A DNA stretch of 42,134 nucleotides from Octopus bimaculoides. Its lineage: Eukaryota. Under the pieces are notes generated by a model, which was not told the origin of the DNA, ran no database searches, and was given only the letters and a program-made list of their open reading frames with translations. The number at the start of each line of letters is the position of its first letter. Position 1 is the stretch's first letter. Both the position numbers and the translations under genes were made by a program. Location of the stretch: positions 35,301,218-35,343,351 of the forward strand of contig NC_068990.1 in assembly GCF_001194135.2 (NCBI RefSeq), in the 5' to 3' direction. Below, piece by piece: positions 27,129 to 37,085 of the stretch.

Positions 27129-27373
27129 GCACCTGTAATTATTGGGGCCCTGAGATATGTAACACACTGCTTAAATACCAATCTTGAGAAATTAGGTTTT
27201 TCAAAACCAGAAAGGTGAAAACTAATTCGAAGACTACAGATCCACTCCATCACTGGGACTGTAAAAATCTGTTAAACTTTCCAGAAGTTCATAATTTAAA
27301 AATATATGAGCATGTCTTGATATGCAACGATATACATGAGAATACATACATAAAACATACAAATCTTCACATG
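27129..27373 (+). mobile_element. Short second copy of the R4/Dong-like retrotransposon (RLE C-terminus and start of the 3'UTR)
   Basis: Translates APVIIGALRYVTHCLNTNLEKLGFSKPER*KLIRRLQIHSITGTVKIC*TFQKFII*, collinear with IPVIVGALGYVTNCFNKNLEKLVFSKPERKRLHIQAINGTVKICKTFQNFSI* at about 39009-39167. The 3'UTR motif aaacatacaaatct is shared. Confidence 0.88.
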
Positions 27374-27476
27374 CATACATACATACATAAAGCAGTTGGC
27401 CGTTTAGAAATTATTCTAAATTATAAGGGAAGGAGCCTACATAGATGTGTGTATGTTACAGAGTTTGTGACTCTAT

Positions 27477-27523
<47 letters not shown>

Positions 27524-28961
27524 CATNNNNNNNNNNNNNNNNNNNNNNNNNNNNNNNNNNNNNNNNNNNNNNNNNNNNNNNNNNNNNNNNNNNNNNNNNN
27601 NNNNNNNNNNNNNNNNNNNNNNNNNNNNNNNNNNNNNNNNNNNNNNNNNNNNNNNNNNNNNNNNNNNNNNNNNNNNNNNNNNNNNNNNNNNNNNNNNNNN
27701 NNNNNNNNNNNNNNNNNNNNNNNNNNNNNNNNNNNNNNNNNNNNNNNNNNNNNNNNNNNNNNNNNNNNNNNNNNNNNNNNNNNNNNNNNNNNNNNNNNNN
27801 NNNNNNNNNNNNNNNNNNNNNNNNNNNNNNNNNNNNNNNNNNNNNNNNNNNNNNNNNNNNNNNNNNNNNNNNNNNNNNNNNNNNNNNNNNNNNNNNNNNN
27901 NNNNNNNNNNNNNNNNNNNNNNNNNNNNNNNNNNNNNNNNNNNNNNNNNNNNNNNNNNNNNNNNNNNNNNNNNNNNNNNNNNNNNNNNNNATATATATAT
28001 ATATATATATACATAGACATATGTATATATACATGTATGTATATGTGTGTTGTGCATGTATATATGTAGTATACACATACACGTACATGTACGCAATAGA
28101 CGCACATACTGCCGTATATAAATGTAATGTAATGAATACTTAAAAAATTGCACAGTGATAAATGTTTTCCCTTTTATCTAATAACAAATGGAGATTCTGA
28201 TTTTGTGATTGAATTTACCACATTTCCCATTTCTTATTCGCTGACGGCGACAATCTAACCGCCCCCCCCCTCCACACACATACATACATGCATATCTCCC
28301 CCCTCTCTCTCTCGCCGTTATGTGTTACGTGGAACTAGTTGATATGGAAGATGTAACGTCTTTTACACAGAGCAACTTTCAGTCTAATCCATATATTATT
28401 TCAGAAGTGTTCTAGGATAATCCAACAAGTGATTCAATGATTGTGTCTTTAACTTTGCAATTAATTTAAGACTCGATCACTCGTAGAGAGTTTTTGATAT
28501 GTTTTTTCACAGTTTATTATTTATAGCTTCAGGTGGAATGGATAATACAAGATACAAAGCGAGTAAATCTGATACCTTTCGTTGTTGTTGCTTTTGTTGA
28601 TGCTGTTATCGTTTATATGAGTTTTAGAATATGTGCATGAAAATGTAAAAGAAAGAGAAACGAAAATATTAAAACCATTTATAACACGTGTAATTGAATG
28701 AATAATGTTTCTGGTTTAATGTTATTAACAAGAGAGTGGTAATAACAACAGATTGTTATCTCAATAGATTGTCATCTGATGCCAGCCCTTTTTACTTCTT
28801 CATCTTCCTCCTTCTCGTCGACATTATCAACATTGTAGTCATCATTAAAATCATTACACCCGGTGTCATCAATTTTAGCACGACCTGCATTTATCATCAT
28901 CAGTATGCATGCCATCGCAAATATCGTCGAGTATTTCTTTATCCAATTCCTTCTATTAATT

Positions 28962-29000
<39 letters not shown>

Positions 29001-29231
29001 GATATCATCGTCGTCGTCGTTGTTGTCAGCGTTTCCGCGTCTTCCTCGTCCACCTCGTTTTCTCGACCGCTTCCTCCTCTTCCACACCATCTTCATCGTC
29101 GTCGTCGTCATCGTCGTCGTCGTCATCGTCGTCGTCGACGTCATCGTCATCGTCGTCGTCGTCATCGTTGTCGTCGTCACCGTTGTCGTCGTCGTCGTCA
29201 TCGTCGTCGTCGTCATCGTCATCATCATCAT

Positions 29232-29262
<31 letters not shown>

Positions 29263-29282
29263 ATCATCATCATCATCAACAT
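28962..29282. repeat. Long mixed (CAT)n/(CGT)n trinucleotide array
   Basis: Directly visible; explains the poly-S, poly-D, poly-H and poly-M ORFs in all frames. Confidence 0.95.
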
Positions 29283-30516
29283 CAGTATTGTCCCCCATCG
29301 TTATTATTACGGTCTTCGCAGTCGTCATTATCGCTTTGTCACCATTACCAACCTAGTCATCAATTTCAGCTAAAATAAAAATAAAAACGCGAATAAGAAA
29401 TATATGTGTGTGTGTGTGTGTGTTTGTGTAAAGACCAAACAAATATCTCCCATATGATGACGAGAGCAATTTCAGCATGGAAAACAACAACAACAACAAC
29501 AACAAGGACACCAACAATGGCATCTAAAACAATACGGCAGATAACTAGAAATATATCACCGAAAAACAAAAAACAAAAAAACAAAAAAAGAAAACAGAAG
29601 ACGAGGACATCGTGATCAACATGAAATACGTCAATACACAACAGAAAGAAACGGAAAAATAAACGGCGTAAAGAAAGAAAAAACATGTAAAAAAAGTATA
29701 CGTCGCCACAAAACATGAACAATAAAAAAAAACAAACGATGAATAAAGAAAAATAATCGTTATCATCATCATCATCATCATCACCATCGTCATCGTCGTC
29801 GTCATCATCATCATCATCGTCAACAACAACCACATCAAAATTCACAGCGAGCTGCAAAAGGAACAAATAGATAAAGAAAATTACAAACATACTCAATAAA
29901 AATAAAGCATATAATCCATCAAAAGTAAACAATGATTAACAACCAGAAAAAAATAAGAAAATCACAACAACAAGCAGCTACAACAAATGAAATATCGTAT
30001 AACAATATTAATGAAGGTGTCTTCTTAAGAAAATATCTCATTAATCGAATGAAAGCTGATGCAATGTGATCACTCGTTAATTTTTCGTCGCCTTCCTGCA
30101 GCTAGACCATTTTAACGTTTTTTTCCCTTTAGTCTGGCAATATTCTTCTTGCTATTCGTAGGGTTTTTTTTTTGTTTTTTTGCTGCTTTTATCAACATTT
30201 GTTTCACTGGATGTTTGTATTATTTACGTTAATGCCATAAAAATCGTTTTTATAAAATAACTTCTGATCCGATAAAGACCTGAGGCAGTGGTGGGATACA
30301 TAAATATAACACAAGTTATCGATTAACACACACAGTCACACACACACACACACACACACACAGTCACACACACACACACACCCACATACACACACACACA
30401 CTCAAACAGAGTGGAATATTGTTGATGACAAACAGACGAAATATCGATAGGGTATGTCAATGATCATCTTATCGCCAAGAAGAGGTTGATTGTTGCTGTT
30501 GTTGATGAAGAGGTTA

Positions 30517-30643
30517 ATGATGATGACGATGATGATTATGATGACGATGATGATGATGACGATGATGATGATGATGACGACGACGACGACGACGACGACG
30601 ATGATGATGATGATGATAAGGATGATGATGATGATAATGATGA
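30517..30643. repeat. (GAT)n/(GAC)n trinucleotide array
   Basis: Directly visible. Confidence 0.95.
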
Positions 30644-31282
30644 AGGGGACATTATCTGAACGTGTATGATATTACAGTTATTGCTTGCTAGCCACCTTTG
30701 CGCGTACAATTTTATAAAGGCCATAATACACGGAGATGAAACGCTCTTAGATTTATTGACTAATTTCCGGCTCAGAACGTTGTTTACTTACTCACTCATC
30801 ACATGAGTAGAACGACTGGCATGTGGCGCCAAACCTCTCTATTCACATGGCCCTTCACAAAGACATGGGAGAGAACACAATAACACAAACAGGACAAGCA
30901 TGTAAACTTACTGTTATAATTCCCACTTAAATATCACGAGGCTACCACACGCTATTCAATTTGTGCCACAATTACAGTCCTCAATTCAGCCTAATTATCT
31001 GAATATTAAATAAAATTGAAGTTGTTCCCCTTAGTAGAGACACAAGCATTCTCAAGCGGTAGATAATTTGTTAAATATAATTGCGTAAATATTTATTTTA
31101 TTTAACTTTATTTAATTTATTTCTCTTCATTTCATTCGAATTAATTTGATTTCCTTGGGAAATAAAGTACTTCATTCACCTGTATCCACATAAACACTGA
31201 AACTATTCCTTCAACATTGCTTCTGAATGACTTTATCGTTATTACGAATATATAAGACGGTGGGCTGTCCTTACGCATTCCT

Positions 31283-31420
31283 TTCAAATACCAGCGCGGT
31301 TGACTTTCCTTTAATCATTTTGGGGGTTTGAAAATAAGAACCAGCTGAGCACGTGGGTCAATGTAACTGAATTCTCCACTGCTCAAAATTACTGGGATTG
31401 CGCGAAAATTAGAATTATTT
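31283..31420 (+). mobile_element. SINE family B copy
   Basis: ttcaaataccagcgcggttgactttcctttaatcattttgggggtttgaaaataagaaccagctgagcacgtgggtcaatgtaa aligns with the reverse complement of 36481-36560. Confidence 0.72.
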
Positions 31421-31474
31421 CGAACACACACACGCGTATACATAGACACACACATACACATACGCGCATACATA

Positions 31475-31507
<33 letters not shown>

Positions 31508-31612
31508 TGGCAAATCAAAATTATATGTAAAAAGCAAAAACACTAAGTCAAAAGGGCGCACACAGTGAATGCATTAGGTTGACACCCAGTTTAAGATGGA
31601 AAAAAGAGGGGG

Positions 31613-31642
31613 TGTAATGTTGCGAGCATGGCTCTTCATCAG
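31613..31642 (-). ncRNA. Degenerate hammerhead-like core (Penelope/retrozyme type), probably non-functional
   Basis: The minus strand reads CTGATGA-A-GAGC-CAT-GCTC-GCAA-CATT. Core box and stem II are intact, GAAA is changed to GCAA, and no stem I partner is visible. Confidence 0.3.
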
Positions 31643-31744
31643 AAAGATGAAAGAGGAATGGTCCGTATTAAGTTTTGCCAAAAACATCCAACACAGTAGA
31701 AATGTGTAATGAAAGACTTTTATAATAAAAGTTATTTACTCTCT

Positions 31745-32002
31745 CTTTACTATTTTACTCTTTTACTTGTTCCAGTCATTTTACTTGTTCCAGACACACA
31801 AACACACACACACACACACATTTATATATACGAATACATATATATACGACGAGCTTCTTTCAATTCCCGACTACCAAATCCGCTCACAAGGCTTTGGTCG
31901 GCCCGAGAAGACACTTGCCCAAGGTGCCACGCAGTGGGACTGAACCCGGAACCATGTGATTGGTAAGCAAGCTACCTACCACACAGCCACTCCTGCGCCT
32001 AT
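31745..32002 (-). mobile_element. tRNA-derived SINE family A, internally deleted (head, (GT)n, tail)
   Basis: Minus strand ataggcgcaggagTGGCTGTGTGGtaggtagcttgcttaccaatcacatggttccgGGTTCAGTCCCactgcgtggcaccttgggcaag carries A-box-like and B-box-like motifs. The tail (aatgactggaacaagtaaaaagagtaaaa) lies at about 31745-31790 and the central domain is missing. Confidence 0.88.
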
Positions 32003-32864
32003 TTAAGAAATTATTTAAAAATCAATGGCACAAAACTTTGCAAGAAATAGCAGGCAAATCATTCCTAAATTGTTTCCACCACTGAATCGAAAAGACCTTT
32101 CATCATGGATTCCTGGCTGAGACCACACCTACTCAAAGTACGACATAGTAATAACTTGAACACTTTTGATCAAAGCGAATCTAAATTAATGAACAAAAGG
32201 TAAGCCTACTCTGGATATTCGAATGTTACAGAATTAGTATGAATCACCATTGTTTAGTGGCTGATTTAACAACCCGAAAAATCTAATGATTTATTACTGT
32301 ACCCAATAGAAATCTTCCTGAATGTAGTTTCCTGTCGGTTCAAAAGTGCCTGCTGTGCCAAATAATTATTTTACTGGGATATCTGATGGTTAAAAGTTCA
32401 TTTAGTTAGTGTAACTTCATTCGCAGATTATTGACCTATAGACACTACATTTATTCGTCTATTTCGGCTCCAAACTTATCAGGATTATTGTGAAATTTCC
32501 AAAGTTTTAATGAAGAAGAAACTTCATTTAACAACAAATTGTTACTCGGCAGCATTCTTTGCTGTTCAAAGTAAAAAGCGTTAGAAACTTTATTAGTTGG
32601 TAAGAAGGAAATTCAGAGCACCAACGCCCACCCCTGCACGAACCACGTAGCCGTCTTACTCCACCTCCACATCCTCCTCCTGCACCTCTTCCACCTGTAT
32701 CTCCATACTCTCCCCATTTTTCCTTAACCATCCCTCCCTTCCCCCTCTCCCTCCTCCATTCCGCCTCCCGTCCTCCTGCAGTCCACTTCCATTTCTCCTC
32801 CATTCCACTTCCTTCCTTCCTTCCTTCCTCCTCCTCCTCCTCCCATCCTCCCCACTGTTCATAT

Positions 32865-32897
<33 letters not shown>

Positions 32898-32949
32898 CAC
32901 CACCACCACTACCACCACTACTACTACTACTACAACCACCACCACCACC

Positions 32950-33020
<71 letters not shown>
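32865..33020. repeat. (CTA)n/(CCA)n trinucleotide array
   Basis: Directly visible; preceded by a C-rich polypyrimidine tract at about 32660-32855. Confidence 0.95.
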
Positions 33021-33241
33021 ATTTTCTGTGCATGCTTTTCTCTGATTGTCATCCGCCTACTATTTCATTTCTATCTTTGTCGTTGTCGTCATCAGGATCG
33101 ACATCGCTGTCTTTACCATTATGATCACCATTACTATTATCAACTGTTGATGGTGATATTGTTACTTATAGTTATGATAATGGAATCCTTATCTTGAATA
33201 AAAGCTGTAAATCTATCTTCTCATCATCATTATCATTAAAA

Positions 33242-33260
33242 TTCTTCTCCTTCTTCTTCT

Positions 33261-33292
<32 letters not shown>

Positions 33293-33523
33293 CCCTTCCC
33301 CTTCTTCTTCTTCTTCTTCTTCTCTTTCTTCTTCTTCTTTTTCTTCTTCTTCTTCTTCTTCTTCTTCTTCTTCTTTTCCCTACCACGTCTTGTTTGTTGT
33401 CGTCCTCGTCACCACCCCGTTGCCATCGTCGTCGTCGTCATCATCATCATCATCATCGTCGTCGTCGTCGTCGTTCTCGTCATCATTATCATCATCATCG
33501 CCGTCGTCGTCATCATCATCATC
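33242..33523. repeat. (CTT)n array (33242-33374) and (CGT/CAT)n array (33424-33523)
   Basis: Directly visible; source of the poly-F and poly-I ORF. Confidence 0.95.
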
Positions 33524-34194
33524 ACTAAATGCTGCTCTCGGCATTGCGGCGAATTTACTGTTGGCAGTTAAAATAATGTCTAATTTAAAATTCCTCCGAA
33601 GGAAGTGCATTAAAAGTCAAGTAAAGAATTTATGAACATGAGAACAAAACAAAATAGCAAAAAAGACAGCACGCAAGCAGCAATCTTTCATTGGTCTTCC
33701 AGATAATCGCATAGCAGGCCATATGTATATTTAGATTAATAGCCGCAATATTTTGATTATTGATCTATAATTTGCTTTACATACAAATATCATATCATAT
33801 TCTTTAAATAAACGATAACATCGGAATGAAATAGTTCAAGGGAGTGAGATCTCCCGTACTAATTTTAAATCTATTTCATACTTTTTTCTCCGTTTATTTC
33901 AATGAAACGTCTCTTTGTATAATTAACGAATCATTAATAATTGGAAGGCAATTTCATCAAATTATTTATCATTAAACTGACTTCAAAATTATCCGCCGTC
34001 TTTTACCTAGTTCTAGGCTTGTCACTGGCGAACTTTCCTGATAGACATGGCACCGATACAACAAAGGAAATTATATGCGAAGGCACGCACAAATAGAGAT
34101 ATTTGTTCTTACAGGTATGTGTATGTATATGTATGTATATGCATGTATTTTCGTACATATTGATATACCGATACATACATGCCTATATGCATGC

Positions 34195-34238
<44 letters not shown>

Positions 34239-34914
34239 NNNNNNNNNNNNNNNNNNNNNNNNNNNNNNNNNNNNNNNNNNNNNNNNNNNNNNNNNNNNNN
34301 NNNNNNNNNNNNNNNNNNNNNNNNNNNNNNNNNNNNNNNNNNNNNNNNNNNNNNNNNNNNNNNNNNNNNNNNNNNNNNNNNNNNNNNNNNNATGCATACA
34401 TAATACATACACCCGTACACACACATACGTACACATATATACATGCAAAAGTAAGCATACATACACATTACACGATTACAGAAATATATTCTTTATATAT
34501 ATATGGTGGTGGTACATGTTATTTTCCTCGGCTTTACAAATTCAGAAATGCACACACATTAACACTCATCGACACACACTCAATCGCACACCATACTGAA
34601 GTGAGATTGGTACGCAAAAAGGTGTGGACGGAAAGATAGAATGAAACCGAAAGCACGAGTGTTTTGAAACTAAGTTTTACAAAGTAATGGTGAGAATAAA
34701 ATCGAAGATATTTATGATATATTTTCTGTCCAAAATATAACAATCAATCATTGTTATTATCCATCTATATCAAGTAAACAAACTAACTGGCTATACGTAC
34801 ACTCTCTCACACACAGAAACGCATACACACAAGCATATACGCACATTCATACATGCAAACAAACACATACACACATATACATAATATATATATATATATA
34901 TACAAACATTTACA

Positions 34915-34949
<35 letters not shown>

Positions 34950-36480
34950 ATATNNNNNNNNNNNNNNNNNNNNNNNNNNNNNNNNNNNNNNNNNNNNNNN
35001 NNNNNNNNNNNNNNNNNNNNNNNNNNNNNNNNNNNNNNNNNNNNNNNNNNNNNNNNNNNNNNNNNNNNNNNNNNNNNNNNNNNNNNNNNNNNNNNNNNNN
35101 NNNNNNNNNNNNNNNNNTCATTCTTCTATCCGGTTTTCACAGACGTTTAATATTTTCTCCTCCGGGCTGGGTGATTATCGTCGCTAGAGATATGAGAGAT
35201 ATGGAATGAGTTCCACGTAGGTAAGAGAGCTGCAAACGGAAGCGGTCAAGATACCTTCATCCGTATACAACAGATTATGTAGAGTTAATTGCTAGAAAAT
35301 ATAGCAACATATTTGCTGAATTTTTCCGTGTATTTTCAAGATTTAGTGAAGTCAGTTACCAGTAATGATGTGTTTTTGTATTATTTGCCTTCTTCCTCCG
35401 AAATATTTTCTTGGAGATGGTTCTATGGACTAAAGCCAGATATCTATTTAGCATTGGAAGGAATTTCGGAATCCCAAGTTGATCTGAACTGGAGGCATTC
35501 CAAAAGTAACATTACTATTTTTGACCGAATATTCCGTTAATCAAAAGCAATTTTCTGTTTAAAGTGGGTCCAAATTTAAATATTACTTAACAACCAATAT
35601 CTATTACAGTGAGAAGTAGATTAATTTGCTATGCAGTTCGAAAGCAATAGATATTTATGGAAGCAGTACATTATTTGAAATATCCGTAGTTGGCACTAAC
35701 CCGCAAGAGGTAAGCTGCTGGTGATTGCAGTCCAGTAGCTAGTTTCACTTTCTGGTCAACATAATCATATTCATTACATTAAGCTATCTATATAATATTT
35801 GTACACTATGGACATCGAGATTTCCGACCACGGAATTTATTTGTTTAGTACGTAGTTTTCCCTAGTTCAATACTGATTTATAATTTTAAGAAAATACACA
35901 ATATTGTGTAGGGCTCTATTTGATCTAAACGAGAGAGATATAAGCATTTTATAAATCGATAAAAAATATGATAAAGAATATTAGGTTTCAAACTAAGAAT
36001 GTAGTGGGCACAAACCAAATGTTACACTTCACTATCACAACATAGCACTGACTGCAGTACATATCCAGCACAGCAACAATTGCGATAAATCTTTACCTTA
36101 CCAAAGGCTGCCCCGCATTATCAGCATAGTTAGGACAACATCACATTTTCAGCGTGGCAACAGCTGCATCACATGCACAACACAGCAATAATTGCAGTAT
36201 ATACATAACGTAGAGAAATGATTGCACTACATCTACACCACAGCAATAACTGGATTACATTTTTAATATAAAATATTCGATCATAACTATAACAGGACCA
36301 AACATCAATATAGCATCGACTGCATCCAAGCAGCAAGTTAGCACCGCATAACAACAACTACATCGCATATTCAAGATAGTAATGGCAGTACTACATCTGT
36401 ATCACAAGATTTGGCCTCACTATTCGGGGCTAGGGACAACGTTTCTACGACACAAACGAACATCATAAACATCATAAACC

Positions 36481-36637
36481 TAAGGGGGTCAGTGTTACTG
36501 ATACTTCTTTTATCGACTTCCAAAAGGATGAAAGACAAACTGACCTCAGCGGAATTTGAACACACAGAGTAAGGGCCGAAGAAATGCCGATAAGCATTTT
36601 GTTTGGCATGCTAACTATACTTCCAGTTCGCCACCTC
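36481..36637 (-). mobile_element. SINE family B copy including its 5' head
   Basis: Minus strand: ggtggcgaactggaagtatagttagcatgccaaacaaaatgcttatcggcatttc...gtgttcaaattccgctgaggtcagtttgtctttcatccttttggaagtcgataaaagaagtatcagt. It has a B-box-like gttcaaattcc and the body shared with the 4423 and 31283 copies. Confidence 0.82.
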
Positions 36638-37046
36638 TATCTTAAGCATAATTGTAATGGTTACTATACTGGCATTAAGATGTTCTCAAATACTAGCCAA
36701 GTTCAGTTCCACAGATGTCTTGCATTGTACATCAACCATTTTTACAAAAACATTTGATGATTTGATATGGCTAAACACGTGCCACGAAGCCTACACGATT
36801 CAGATTATCTCTATCCTTTCTGTCATTCATATTATAAGGCTCCTGTCCCACGACATTCACACATATTATGCAATCCACTTAAATATTCCTTGACAGAGAG
36901 AAATTGTTTGCTTTCGATTCCTGTCCATGTTTTCCTTCTGTTATAAATATTCACATATTTAAGAAAATCAGCCTGTTCGATCTCACTGGTCTCAAAGGTC
37001 TACTATCTACACTTTCCCCTTCTTTCCTTCATCATCTCCCAGCAAA

Positions 37047-37050
<4 letters not shown>

Positions 37051-37080
<30 letters not shown>

Positions 37081-37085
37081 CATAC
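37051..37085. repeat. (TACA)n microsatellite at the 5' junction of the retrotransposon
   Basis: 35 nt of pure TACA repeats, directly followed by RT-coding sequence. Confidence 0.97.

Noticed and set aside
28736-29932. Long poly-Ser, poly-Asp, poly-His and poly-Met ORFs resembling biomineralisation or low-complexity proteins
   Set aside because: Open in nearly all six frames because of stop-free CAT/CGT repeats; no non-repetitive domain or splice context.
32105-32205. Possible first coding exon MDSWLRPH...LMNK ending at AAG|GTAAGC
   Set aside because: AGGTAAG occurs several times in the window (e.g. near 3739, 35219, 35708), the peptide is unrecognisable and no downstream exon is supported.
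36904-37085. N-terminal part of the 411-aa ORF (MFAFDSC...[10 protein letters not shown])
   Set aside because: Flanking DNA and the TACA repeat that happen to be in frame; RT similarity begins only at 37086.
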